Source of the DNA: a virus
Taxonomy: Duplodnaviria > Caudoviricetes
IMG/VR virus record: IMGVR_UViG_3300031606_000394
Span: 1 to 42,000 of that record
Reading direction: 5' to 3' (one strand)
Length of the DNA: 42,000 bases
The translations under genes and the position numbers were made by a program. The first letter of the stretch is position 1, and the number at the start of each line of letters is the position of its first letter. The notes below the pieces were generated by a model. That model was not told the origin of the DNA. It ran no database searches and saw nothing but the letters and a program-made list of their open reading frames with translations. Below are positions 18,978 to 28,563 of this stretch, in pieces.

Positions 18978-20101
18978 AACGATTTATAGACTTCGCTTTC
19001 CTCTATCGAGTATCTAAAATACTCTTGAGATAGTTTGTCTCTCACGTGCCAACTCATCAGGTATTCGTGCGTCCGTTTAACTAAGTCGAGGTCTAAGCAC
19101 TTCTTTGCTGCTTCGTCTAAAGAGTCAAAATAGAATGGATAGTCTTTCCCGAGGTATAGCTCTGTAGCTGGTAATCTATTAATTAGTAATGGCGTTGCTC
19201 TAGCGATACATTCAATTACCGCGTTGTTAGCGCTGGTAGCGTAAAGGTCCAAGAACACTATGTTCTTGGATAAGAGCTCATCATAGTCTTCATTGCTTTT
19301 TCTAGGCATCGGGAACGTGTTCTCCTCGTGCTCCCGAGTAAGTTGGATATCGTAGTTTTCTTTCTCCGCCTTCTCGAAGTAATTAATCATGCCTTTTATC
19401 TCTTCGTTTTCGTAAGGAATTAGCTTTATTTTTTTATATTTAGATTCTTTACTCAGCGGCAGTAGGTAAATTGAGTTTGGCTTCCTTAGCCAGTAGCCTA
19501 CTTGTATTATAAGTTTGCTTTGGTTCTGAGAAAACTTCTCAAAATTAAATATTTTCTGAGGGATCTCTGTGGGATGATATGCCCAAGAAACTTTTTTGCC
19601 AGTTCTCTGATGTAAAAAATCTGCCAGATCTTTTGATAAGGTAAATAACCCCATGCAGCTATCCATGCTTTGTTGAAGCTCCGGGATCTCCAATATTTTA
19701 TCTAGAGAATTAAATCCGAAAAACCAATCTTCTTCAAACGGAGGGTTGTGGAAAAAGCCAACCCAAGGCTTCTTGTATGGAATGATGTCGTCTTTTATAT
19801 TATCTACTCTTTGCCAAGAAAAATTTTTTTCCAAAAAGCCATCAAAAAGGACTCCATTAGTATTATGTAATGGAGCCAGTGCTTCCACGGCGTAATTCCA
19901 ACCGCTTCTATGGTTTCCGAAAGCTATTTGGGTATTGAGGTTTATCTTACCATAAGGTCTGCCTTCAGTAATCTCAAAGGTCTTATTTACTCTATTCCAA
20001 CCTTTCGCCGTTTTAACCTCTTCTATCTCTGAAGAGATTATTACTTTAGGATTTTCCTTACGTTTTGATTCTTCTTCTAGGTAGCTCTCAAAACTTTTCA
20101 C
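18974..20101 (-). CDS. Putative GT-B fold glycosyltransferase-like protein
   Basis: HRSGW, WVGFFHNP and NIVFLDLYATSANNAVIECIARATPLLIN (GT4-like C-terminal ExxAxxxP pattern). Confidence 0.55.
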   Translation of the reverse strand: MKSFESYLEEESKRKENPKVIISSEIEEVKTAKGWNRVNKTFEITEGRPYGKINLNTQIAFGNHRSGWNYAVEALAPLHNTNGVLFDGFLEKNFSWQRVDNIKDDIIPYKKPWVGFFHNPPFEEDWFFGFNSLDKILEIPELQQSMDSCMGLFTLSKDLADFLHQRTGKKVSWAYHPTEIPQKIFNFEKFSQNQSKLIIQVGYWLRKPNSIYLLPLSKESKYKKIKLIPYENEEIKGMINYFEKAEKENYDIQLTREHEENTFPMPRKSNEDYDELLSKNIVFLDLYATSANNAVIECIARATPLLINRLPATELYLGKDYPFYFDSLDEAAKKCLDLDLVKRTHEYLMSWHVRDKLSQEYFRYSIEESEVYKSL

Positions 20102-20325
20102 TCTTCTTTGGGGATTCCTCCGGCGTACCAGCCCTCGGGAAGTTTGACTTTGTTTTTGCTAAGCACCCACTCCCCGTTCTTAAGAATGTAAACCTTTCCC
20201 CGAGGGAAATCAGGTCCTATTCTTATTAAGTCAGATTGAGTGTCGACAAATACGACTCTCGTGCTTCCGCAGCCCAGAGCTAGCGAAAAAAACGCAATTA
20301 GAATTATTAGTTTAATTGTTTTCAT
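20098..20325 (-). CDS. Small lipoprotein, o-spanin-like
   Basis: MKTIKLIILIAFFSLALG-C lipobox; start overlaps the end of 20312..20575. Confidence 0.6.
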   Translation of the reverse strand: MKTIKLIILIAFFSLALGCGSTRVVFVDTQSDLIRIGPDFPRGKVYILKNGEWVLSKNKVKLPEGWYAGGIPKEE

Positions 20326-20575
20326 CTTGCCTGCCTTGCCTCCCTTGATATCCTTGATGTCCTTGATGTCCTTGGTGACCAATTGCGGCGTTCTCCGCTA
20401 TAGCTTTTTGTTTTTTTTGCTGCTCCGCTTTTTCCAGCTGCTTGTTTATCCTATCTCGCCACTTGTCCTTGAGACCCTTGGGTATAGTATCTGCGTCTGC
20501 CGCCTTGGTGTCTTTTTTCACCTCGGCGGTTAGCCATTCTAAAATGGCTTTAACTATCGCAGTTACCCAAGTCAT
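20312..20575 (-). CDS. Small protein, possible i-spanin-like partner, with C-terminal (GxQ)6 tail
   Basis: Amphipathic N-terminus, helical middle, ends GHQGHQGHQGYQGRQGRQ; lies between the holin-like and lipoprotein genes. Confidence 0.45.
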   Translation of the reverse strand: MTWVTAIVKAILEWLTAEVKKDTKAADADTIPKGLKDKWRDRINKQLEKAEQQKKQKAIAENAAIGHQGHQGHQGYQGRQGRQDENN

Positions 20576-20784
20576 TACTTACCCTTGGCAAGACCTCTAG
20601 ACACGGTGTACCCGAGCCCAGAAAGTGCTGCCACCACAAAACCAAAGATTTTGTTGGCTGTCCCTGCTGCCTCTGGATCGAGCACGGATGCGCCCCATAA
20701 GAGTGAACATAAAGTCACCGCGAGGGTAACCCAGAATTCCGTGGTTTTCCAACCCGGCTTTACTTCATTATTTTTTGTTGGCAT
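20575..20784 (-). CDS. Holin-like two-TM protein
   Basis: 69 aa, KPGWKTTEFW followed by two hydrophobic helices and a basic end (YTVSRGLAK). Confidence 0.65.
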   Translation of the reverse strand: MPTKNNEVKPGWKTTEFWVTLAVTLCSLLWGASVLDPEAAGTANKIFGFVVAALSGLGYTVSRGLAKGK

Positions 20785-20852
20785 AATATTTACCTCTGAT
20801 TGAAAGAAGCTAGCTCATTTCAAGCTAGATTCAAATAAAAAAATTATATTAA

Positions 20853-22007
20853 TTAAGCTATGTCTCCGAGCCTACTTAATTCCTGAAGCTTTTCGATGGG
20901 TCTACCCAATCCGCCCACAGCAGTAAAGACCGTGAGACCCGGTTTATCTCCGCTATAAATGCCCCTATGAACTGTATTGCCTTTTTTAAGCATTCTTGAG
21001 ACTTGGTCAAATGCCTGATCCAAGGAGCTTTGGGGAATTGTATTTAGTTGCTCTGTTCCGCCAATTACTACAACCGCCGCCACATGCCCAGAACGCAAAT
21101 CTACCCCGCCAGACAAAAGGTTATTAGACAGATTATCCCTAACAGCCCTAGCAACCGCTATGTTATCCTTCCAGTCAGGAACAGGAGAAGCGCCAAAGAC
21201 TATTAATCCCGAATCTAAAACTCCCCTATAGTCATTAGCGTCAAATGCCGAGTAAGTGCTATCTTTTGTAGCCGTATGATTAAACAGGTGGAATAACCCC
21301 GCGACGCTATGGTTGGCTGTCTGCCAGAACTTAGATACAGGCAGGTCTGGATAAAGCTTCGCAATTTTTTCGTTATCAATAATGATTAGCGGTCCAACAA
21401 TTTGCTTTTCTACTAATCCGTAAACTGAATTCAATATGTTAAACGCGTTTGCGTTTACTTTTTTACCCTCGGAAGCTTTAGGCAGAGCCAAGATTACTCC
21501 GACCTTTTTGTGTCCAGAGTTCAAAGCGGCTTGTATCTCGTGCGCTAATATCGTCATTGGGCAAACCGAGCCAGCCCCAGTTCCCCCTCCTGCGCCAGCA
21601 CAAACAAAAATCCTATCATACCCATCTCCCAAGGATCTCCTAAGAAAATCAGTAATGTCTTCTCGGTTATCCTTAAATAGGTTTGCGGCTTTTTCTGGGT
21701 TCTTACCTGCCCCGCCTTCTCCAAAGCATAATTTATTTTCTAGATTAATTGTGTTTAAGTCTTGTTGGGCGGTATTTAAAACAGCGATTCTTCTATACCC
21801 AATCTTGTGGAAGGTTTCCGCGATTCTTGACCCCCCTTGCCCAACGCCTATGAAAGCGTACTTGAATGCTGCGTCTACTTCGTCTTCAATAAAATCAGTG
21901 TTAACGCTTGATGCCGGCGGGGGGACTATGAGATCAGGCATTTCAATGTCAGGAGTCTCGCCGTACATGCTCTGAATTATGTTATCGTCTTTCTCTTCCT
22001 CGTTCAT
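20853..22007 (-). CDS. Tubulin/FtsZ-superfamily GTPase (PhuZ/TubZ/CetZ-like)
   Basis: FIGVGQGGSRIA (T1), LNTAQQD, GGAGKNP (T3), GAGGGTGAG (T4 signature), LPKASEG, IIDNEK and FDANDY (T7-like). Confidence 0.93.
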   Translation of the reverse strand: MNEEEKDDNIIQSMYGETPDIEMPDLIVPPPASSVNTDFIEDEVDAAFKYAFIGVGQGGSRIAETFHKIGYRRIAVLNTAQQDLNTINLENKLCFGEGGAGKNPEKAANLFKDNREDITDFLRRSLGDGYDRIFVCAGAGGGTGAGSVCPMTILAHEIQAALNSGHKKVGVILALPKASEGKKVNANAFNILNSVYGLVEKQIVGPLIIIDNEKIAKLYPDLPVSKFWQTANHSVAGLFHLFNHTATKDSTYSAFDANDYRGVLDSGLIVFGASPVPDWKDNIAVARAVRDNLSNNLLSGGVDLRSGHVAAVVVIGGTEQLNTIPQSSLDQAFDQVSRMLKKGNTVHRGIYSGDKPGLTVFTAVGGLGRPIEKLQELSRLGDIA

Positions 22008-22010
22008 AAG

Positions 22011-23984
22011 TTACCTTTTCTTTTCTTTGCTTGCTACTAAAAGCGCGGCAAGGTACATGTCAATTTCATGTTCGCAAGCGACCCGTTGCACTTCTTGCGT
22101 CTTTTCTTTATTCTTATCTCTTGGGTCATCGCAATACTCTCCCGCTTTTGAAATCCAATTTTCTGGCTCTTCATTGCTGATTATGACATCCGTTATTTGG
22201 CTAGCTACTTGCTTCTGGTTTTTGTTAAGCCTTTTGATTTTGTGCTTCTTGCGTAGGACTGATTGTATTGTCGCCTCCAGCTTCTGCGCGAGAAGCATAT
22301 TTTCTTTTATCTTGCTCGGGTCGTACTGTCCTTCGGCTTTGCCGTTACTACTAGGCGTTCCTACGGGGCTGATTTTTTGAGTTGATTGAGGAACCCCTTT
22401 TGTGCCGCTAGGTCTACCGGAACCGCTAGGCTCTGTAGGCTTGTTGAGTACAGATTCGTAATAGCCCTTTTTAAGACCCTCTTCCTTGTGCCTCTTTTGG
22501 CTTTCCAAAGACTCTAGATTGTTCGGTAAGCGCCTAGTCTTAATGGCTCTAAAGGTCTCCTCGGGAGTAAGCGCGCCAAGCTCGAATAGCCTAGTGTAAA
22601 TTTTGTCCCTTAGAACGTTGTCAGCTAATGCGATCTCTTGGAAATAAGGCGTTGGGAAGCTTCTAAAGTTAAGGCTCTTCGCAAGCTTTTTAATTTCAGG
22701 AATAAGAAAATCATTTAAGAAAGCCTGTCTGCCTTGCTCTAGTCTCGCGATAAACACTTTTACTCTGCTCTCTTGATTCGCGAATTTTTCATTACCCACT
22801 AAAATATTGTTTAGCCCGAGGTTGATGTCTTTATCAAAAGTCTCATACTTCTTGGGGTCCAAAAGGTCTGCGATCTTTGGAACGACAAATTCCGCTTTGG
22901 TTGTGTAATCTGCAATTAAAACTCTACCGACAGACTGGTTCGTGAAAAGCTCTTGCATGGCTTCTAAGTTTTTCTGGTTGATTCCTCCCTTATCGGGCTC
23001 ATTACCCATAGTAACTAAAAGAATTGCTTGCTGCATGGTTCGAGCAATAGCCATATCCATCTTCTTTAGTTCATACTTAAAGTTTATATCTTCTAAAACC
23101 GGATAGCCCATTGGTACGCCAAACGGCTCGTAGTCCTGTTTTTTGTAAAAGACTGCGGTTACTTTATCCATGTCTAGGGGCAACAATACAACTCCAGTCT
23201 TTTTGCTTTTAATCGCTTTTTTGATATCCTCAGGCAAGTTGTCAAACACTTCCTGATCCGCTTCTGTCTGCGGGTTTCTGAGCTTTTGTAGCTCCCAGTC
23301 AGAAAGAGTTTTAGAATAGTCTACGTTCTGGAAAGATAGGGAACCAGTCATTTGAATATCCGCAGGATTCAAAAGCACATACTGAGAAGGGACTTTAATC
23401 GTGTTCGCGGCGAGACTCTTTTCTGAACCAAAAACTTGAGATATCTTTTGGACGTCCTCTGGGAGTAAGTCCGCGTCAAGTCTATATACAAATACGTTGC
23501 CCGAGCGATAATATTCCCTGAAGAACTTGTCTTGCAAAGACCAGATATTTATCTTTTTAAAAAATGCGTCAAAAAATTCTCTACCCTTTTTGTTGCCGCC
23601 TTTAAAAAATATATCATTTACTGAGAACTCCGTCATGAGATCTATTACGTTTCTAAATGTAGAAAAATTGTAATACGCTTTTTGACAAAGGACGACGGCG
23701 TCCCTAACTTCAATTCCATTTTTAGAGTAAGACGTCGCGTATTTAAAAGGGACAAGACCATCTTCTATGTTTTTATACTTATCGGTCCTTTGTATGGTGG
23801 TAGAGAGATTCCTTCTGCTTCTCGTCGTGCTACTGGCGAGAGACTCTTCATACGCTAAGAGAGGCTTCGCCCCCGCGCTCGTCTCTTCGGGCTTTGCTTT
23901 CCTCACTGCCTTTGGGGCTTTTTTGGGGGCGGCGCGCTTTCCCGTCGTCGTCTTCGCGCTAGTTTTTTTGCGGTTCTCGCTCAT
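22011..23984 (-). CDS. Portal protein
   Basis: 657 aa immediately downstream of the terminase; FRNVIDLMTEF, EYYRSGNVF and LNPADI resemble portal wing motifs. Confidence 0.8.
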   Translation of the reverse strand: MSENRKKTSAKTTTGKRAAPKKAPKAVRKAKPEETSAGAKPLLAYEESLASSTTRSRRNLSTTIQRTDKYKNIEDGLVPFKYATSYSKNGIEVRDAVVLCQKAYYNFSTFRNVIDLMTEFSVNDIFFKGGNKKGREFFDAFFKKINIWSLQDKFFREYYRSGNVFVYRLDADLLPEDVQKISQVFGSEKSLAANTIKVPSQYVLLNPADIQMTGSLSFQNVDYSKTLSDWELQKLRNPQTEADQEVFDNLPEDIKKAIKSKKTGVVLLPLDMDKVTAVFYKKQDYEPFGVPMGYPVLEDINFKYELKKMDMAIARTMQQAILLVTMGNEPDKGGINQKNLEAMQELFTNQSVGRVLIADYTTKAEFVVPKIADLLDPKKYETFDKDINLGLNNILVGNEKFANQESRVKVFIARLEQGRQAFLNDFLIPEIKKLAKSLNFRSFPTPYFQEIALADNVLRDKIYTRLFELGALTPEETFRAIKTRRLPNNLESLESQKRHKEEGLKKGYYESVLNKPTEPSGSGRPSGTKGVPQSTQKISPVGTPSSNGKAEGQYDPSKIKENMLLAQKLEATIQSVLRKKHKIKRLNKNQKQVASQITDVIISNEEPENWISKAGEYCDDPRDKNKEKTQEVQRVACEHEIDMYLAALLVASKEKKR

Positions 23985-23998
23985 TTCTTAATGAATAT

Positions 23999-24004
23999 TA
24001 CACT
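23999..24004 (-). promoter_or_regulatory. Candidate late-promoter motif AGTGTA (representative copy, before portal)
   Basis: Same hexamer in sense orientation 9-28 nt before starts at 2516, 2952, 7194, 18301, 29489 and 31512 (minus strand) and 28991 (plus strand). Confidence 0.65.
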
Positions 24005-24006
24005 TC

Positions 24007-25836
24007 TTACTCGATCATTCTCGGAGAAAAGGTTGTATTTGTGTCAGTTTTTTGACTCAGCATGTCAAAGTAGCATTTTACCCCCCAAGTAGCTAGCATT
24101 AATGCCGTATAATTATCTTTTCTAGCCCTGTTAGCTGAAGTGCTCCTTTTGAGATGATGGGGTAGATCAAAGGTCTGTGACCCTCTTGGCGTTGTCCTGA
24201 CCTCCACGAGGGCGCATTGCTTCTTAACTTGATGAATTAAAGAGTCCTGAGTCTCAATGAACTCACCCATGTTTATCTCGTTTACTAACTTAAGATTTAC
24301 GTGGCCGCTAGACTGATGGCTAAACACTGATCCGTTGGCCGTTGTTCTTGACGCAAACCACATCTTTTTATGATCTATGCAGGCTTGAAGATGCTCATTC
24401 GCCTTACGGATAAAATCAGTGCTAAAGTTTTGTTTAAAGCAAATTTTGTAGTTTTCCTTATTGTATTGCCTTTTTAGTTTGATAAGCTGCTTGTCGTATT
24501 CCACTCCATCTTTTTCGCTTTCAAAGTCTAGGAACTTCAAATTGATTCTATTGTCAATGAATAATTTGTGCTCATTTGCGCTATCCAAAAATTGGTAGCC
24601 GGCATTATCAATGACAGTCATAATAATGTCGAAGTTGTTAAATAAATAATTTAAATATTTAATATGGTCTTTTAAGTCTCCGCCTGCAACCGCGTAGTTA
24701 TGCACGAGAATTGATTCTTGCGTCTCTTTGTCAACCTCCATTAACGCCATGGCAAAATAATCAGAAGACGGACTGTTACTAAAGCTCGGGTCGATTGCTA
24801 ATATATATTTTGCTCCTGACTTTCCCTTGGTTAATGTCGTCGGTTCTTCTCCATCTGGAATAGTGCATGCATGCATTTTCTTCGCGCTAAAATAAGAATC
24901 GCTTCCGTCTGTAAATTGAGCACAATATTCCCTTAAAAAAGAAGAGTGAGATTGGCCACCATTTTGAGCTTCCTCAATGATAGTATGATCTATCATTTCT
25001 TCCGGAAGGGATTCATAGCCCATTTGAGATATAAAATACTTTGCGCTGCTTTCCTTGTCTGAATATATATTTCCCATCCACTCTTTATATGTCCGATATA
25101 AGTTCTCGAAAGTATAGCTGGCCGAAGACAGAGCTATCATTTTAGAATCGTTCCCAAAAACCATTCTATCCTCTTCTTTCATCTTGCCTTCTATAATTAA
25201 GTTCGTTTCCATTTCTCTTACTTCAATCCTCTCCTTCATGTTCTGGGGCGCTACTAGGAACGGCATTAAGACTGTGGATATAAGCTCCTCGGGCAACAAG
25301 AGGAACTCGTCTAGCACAAGTATATTCGCTCTGAAGCCACGAATTTTTTCTCCGCTTAATGGGATGGCCGTGATTGAGCCACCGTTTATTAACCACTCAT
25401 ATTGATCGTTTCTTTTAGAGGGCTTTATTGAAAAGGCTTGCCGCAACAACTCCGCGCCTTTGCTGCTTATCATTTTCTCCAAATTATTAAAAATAAACCT
25501 AGCGGTTCTGAACGTCGGTCCAGCTATTAAAATCTTCGTTCCCGGATTAAAAATGCATTGCAAAAAACAAAATACGCTAGCTATGAAAGTCTTACCGCAG
25601 CCACGACCCCAAACGCACATGGAGAAATTTCTATTCATTAGCCCCCTTAATGTTATCTCTTGGAAGGGAGCTAATTTAATGCCTGAGATCAATTCTGTAG
25701 TAAAGCCGAGATTAGCGTTCAAAAATTTTGCCAAAGTAATCTTAGCCTCTTTGTCTCCGAGCTCCCCCTTTAAATCTAAAAGGGTAGAGTTTATTCTCTC
25801 CGGCTCGACTTTGTACTTATCTGGCGCGTACCACAT
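24007..25836 (-). CDS. terL: Terminase large subunit
   Basis: Walker A WGRGCGKT, IRGFRANILVLDE (Walker B), ALSSA, FLREYCAQF, nuclease ILAIDP and RKDNYTAL. Confidence 0.93.
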   Translation of the reverse strand: MWYAPDKYKVEPERINSTLLDLKGELGDKEAKITLAKFLNANLGFTTELISGIKLAPFQEITLRGLMNRNFSMCVWGRGCGKTFIASVFCFLQCIFNPGTKILIAGPTFRTARFIFNNLEKMISSKGAELLRQAFSIKPSKRNDQYEWLINGGSITAIPLSGEKIRGFRANILVLDEFLLLPEELISTVLMPFLVAPQNMKERIEVREMETNLIIEGKMKEEDRMVFGNDSKMIALSSASYTFENLYRTYKEWMGNIYSDKESSAKYFISQMGYESLPEEMIDHTIIEEAQNGGQSHSSFLREYCAQFTDGSDSYFSAKKMHACTIPDGEEPTTLTKGKSGAKYILAIDPSFSNSPSSDYFAMALMEVDKETQESILVHNYAVAGGDLKDHIKYLNYLFNNFDIIMTVIDNAGYQFLDSANEHKLFIDNRINLKFLDFESEKDGVEYDKQLIKLKRQYNKENYKICFKQNFSTDFIRKANEHLQACIDHKKMWFASRTTANGSVFSHQSSGHVNLKLVNEINMGEFIETQDSLIHQVKKQCALVEVRTTPRGSQTFDLPHHLKRSTSANRARKDNYTALMLATWGVKCYFDMLSQKTDTNTTFSPRMIE

Positions 25837-26775
25837 TTAAAGAATTTTCCTATCGTAGGCTAACTGCAAGTCTGTCTTTTTGTAAAGGCATTTAGAGAAA
25901 AATATTTTTTTCATAACTCGCACAGACTCTTTTCTTCCGTTCACGAAAAGGAATTGTATATGCGGGTATTGCTGGATAAGATCTCTAGTATTTCTAAAAA
26001 TAAATTCCGGTGTCGCTCGTATCTTTTTCGAGATGTGCGGCAAATAATTAAACGAAAGAGCGTGAGATAAAGTGTCTTCGACTAAGATGATTAAATTAGC
26101 TTTGTCTTCCGCAGCTCTCTCTATTTCTCTTTTAAACCTCTCAAAATTCATAACGCTCAAAGTCGATATGAAATCCGCAAGAGACTTCCTTTCAATATAA
26201 CAATTGCACGTTAGTTCTTTGTCGCTCAGGGTATAATCTCCGAATTTGAGAGTTTTGACTTCTGCGGGGTAGTCTATTTTTAAGGGAGCCTGCTCTCTTG
26301 TGTCTATGTAGATTTTTAAATTATCGTAGGTTTCGTGCTCTGAGCCTGCTGCGATATCCTCTATGCTCGTGAATTTGTTTTTCAAGCCTAGGTCGGAGCA
26401 AAGCTCATAATAATTTAAATGTTTTTCATAAAAAAGGATAGACGGTATTTTCGTACTCCTTAATTCAACCTGACAAGGCGCGTAGATTAGCTTTTTAGCC
26501 TCTTTCCTTTCTCTGATTATGTTGCTTAAGTACTTTACAGCTTTTTCTTTCGGCTGACTCTCTATCCATTTTCTTTGAGACGTCCTTGAGTTAAATTCAG
26601 ATTCGAAATATTGTTTTTTATTTTTGAATTTTATTATTTCGCCAGAGGCTAAATCGTAACGAGGATAATACTTTTGATAATAAGAAGCCATCCTTAAATC
26701 ATGACATTTTAGGTGTCCGTGAAGTTGGCGCTCCGTCTCAAATTCAGCGTCACATGCTTTGCATTTTAAGCTCAT
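25837..26775 (-). CDS. C2H2 zinc finger plus ERCC4/XPF-family nuclease
   Basis: CKAC-x12-HLKCH; IDTREQ, GDY and IERKSLADF. Confidence 0.85.
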   Translation of the reverse strand: MSLKCKACDAEFETERQLHGHLKCHDLRMASYYQKYYPRYDLASGEIIKFKNKKQYFESEFNSRTSQRKWIESQPKEKAVKYLSNIIRERKEAKKLIYAPCQVELRSTKIPSILFYEKHLNYYELCSDLGLKNKFTSIEDIAAGSEHETYDNLKIYIDTREQAPLKIDYPAEVKTLKFGDYTLSDKELTCNCYIERKSLADFISTLSVMNFERFKREIERAAEDKANLIILVEDTLSHALSFNYLPHISKKIRATPEFIFRNTRDLIQQYPHIQFLFVNGRKESVRVMKKIFFSKCLYKKTDLQLAYDRKIL

Positions 26776-27875
26776 TAATCTAAAACCTCTTCTTCGGTTA
26801 TACCCATGATCCTAGCTTTTACGTCATCTATGGATTTAAGGCTTTCTATTTCATCCTTAAGGTCTCCTTTCCTTCTTTCAGCTAATTCTATCATTTGTAC
26901 CCTTTGCTCTTCTGACTTCCAAGCCTCGACTAGGTTTAATATGCTCGCGTTATCTTTGAGTTGATTTTTTAAGCGGTTACTTCTTTTTTCTTTCAGGTCA
27001 TCTAAGAGCTTATGTTGCCTGTTTACTGATTGATGGTATTCTCCTTGCGCCGTATTAATAGATTCAACTAAAGCCATAGAGATCCTTCTCCCCTCTGTGT
27101 CGTTTGATACGTCGTCTAATAGCCTGTTAAGTCGTTCTACCCTTCTTTGTATGGTCGCTGAAATCACTACCTCAGAAGAAAGAATTATATACTGATCGAC
27201 TTCTTCTTGAGCTAGGTCATTTTTGTCGTATGTATATCGTACGAAGCTACTTTCGTATAGCTCTCTATTGATCACGCTATCAAACCTATTAATTAGATGA
27301 ACAAATCTATAAGTAGCCATATAGCCTATTAAAGAATGAACGTCCTTCTTTTGCTTCGCGGAAATTTTTTCTTTATTTATGCCATTGAGCACATACTTAT
27401 TAATTCTATTAACGGCTAGATGAAATGTAGACGGCGGCTTGAAGTCTCCAGTGGGGATGTCGGATGTGTTTTCGTAAGTTTCTATTTCGTCGTTTTCGCT
27501 TTCTAAAGTTTTTATGTATTCGTTTATAGTCCTAGTCTCTTGGCTAAGGGGCATAAGCGTTTCGTTTTTGAATACGACCCTTGCTATTTCGTTTGAAGAC
27601 ATGGAGCTAAGGTAATTTTTAACGAATTCCTTGTCTTCATTCGTCAGCTTTAGTTTTTCTTTTCGTTGATATTCATGCGCTCCTCTCGCTTTTAAGTCTC
27701 TTGTGGCTAAAAATTTTTTAACTGCTTTGCCCTCCTTGGTTCTTCCATCAATGTTAGGGTCGTCGGGATAAGCAATGTGTATTAACTCCAATAACGAAGG
27801 TGGATCTTTTTCTCTAGAGTTCCACTCGTTTAGAATATTTTCTTCCTGCTCTTCTGATAAAATAACTTCTGACAT
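26775..27875 (-). CDS. Helical hypothetical protein, candidate terminase small subunit
   Basis: 366 aa with HTH-like MSSNEIARVVF and a C-terminal coiled coil; lies upstream of terL. Function is inference. Confidence 0.5.
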   Translation of the reverse strand: MSEVILSEEQEENILNEWNSREKDPPSLLELIHIAYPDDPNIDGRTKEGKAVKKFLATRDLKARGAHEYQRKEKLKLTNEDKEFVKNYLSSMSSNEIARVVFKNETLMPLSQETRTINEYIKTLESENDEIETYENTSDIPTGDFKPPSTFHLAVNRINKYVLNGINKEKISAKQKKDVHSLIGYMATYRFVHLINRFDSVINRELYESSFVRYTYDKNDLAQEEVDQYIILSSEVVISATIQRRVERLNRLLDDVSNDTEGRRISMALVESINTAQGEYHQSVNRQHKLLDDLKEKRSNRLKNQLKDNASILNLVEAWKSEEQRVQMIELAERRKGDLKDEIESLKSIDDVKARIMGITEEEVLD

Positions 27876-27876
27876 T

Positions 27877-28563
27877 TTAATAAAGGTCTATCTCTTCGTT
27901 GTCCAAAGCCTTTCTGACTTTTTTGATTATGCTTTTCTTAATGTTTTTGATTTGCTTGTATCCCGGCGACCTGTTCGCTTCGGATGTTTTGTAGCCCATC
28001 TCTTTGGCGACCTCGTCGTCATCTAGGTTCTTCACGTAAAGGAGATTATATATTTTCCACTCTAAGGGCTTTAGAATCTCTTCCATTTTCGAGTGCAATT
28101 TTTTTACATTAGAGTCAAAATTTGATTCTTCGTAAGATTGGTTTTGTACTTCTACATAGTGGTATTCTAGCGGCGCTGCAATTTTAAGATCATGAGCTCT
28201 TTTTTTGTTCTTTTCCCAATGCGCGTATAAAGGGCATGCGGAACATTGCTTTTTGTAGATTATACACAAGTCTTCTCCTTCGGCTGCGGCGCACCTTAGG
28301 CAAGGTCTGCTATAGTTGCCATAGTTATTTCTTATCAGATTCTTAATTTGATTTGATATGATCTTGTTCAGCCAAGGACCCAGAGGCTTCTCGGAGTCAT
28401 ATAGGTGCCACTTTTTGAAGAGGTGGAATTTTATGATTTGAGAAACGTCATCAAAGTCCATCCAAGCAAGAGACTTAAGGTTCCACTTGCCCCTTCTTTT
28501 TCTGATCTCTTCGTCAATTAGATCGAGATGATCTTCAAATTCAAGTTTTTCGTTTTCAGCCAT
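27877..28563 (-). CDS. RNA polymerase sigma-70-like factor with Cys-rich insert
   Basis: Region-2-like DFDDVSQII...YDSEKPLGPWLNKIISNQIKNLIR; region-4-like LKPLEWKIYNLLYVKNLDDDEVAKEMGY. Confidence 0.75.
   Translation of the reverse strand: MAENEKLEFEDHLDLIDEEIRKRRGKWNLKSLAWMDFDDVSQIIKFHLFKKWHLYDSEKPLGPWLNKIISNQIKNLIRNNYGNYSRPCLRCAAAEGEDLCIIYKKQCSACPLYAHWEKNKKRAHDLKIAAPLEYHYVEVQNQSYEESNFDSNVKKLHSKMEEILKPLEWKIYNLLYVKNLDDDEVAKEMGYKTSEANRSPGYKQIKNIKKSIIKKVRKALDNEEIDLY

Noticed and set aside
20853-22007. Calling this host ftsZ in a bacterial dcw cluster
   Set aside because: No C-terminal FtsA-binding peptide, T7 loop is not NxDFAD, and the neighbours are portal and holin.
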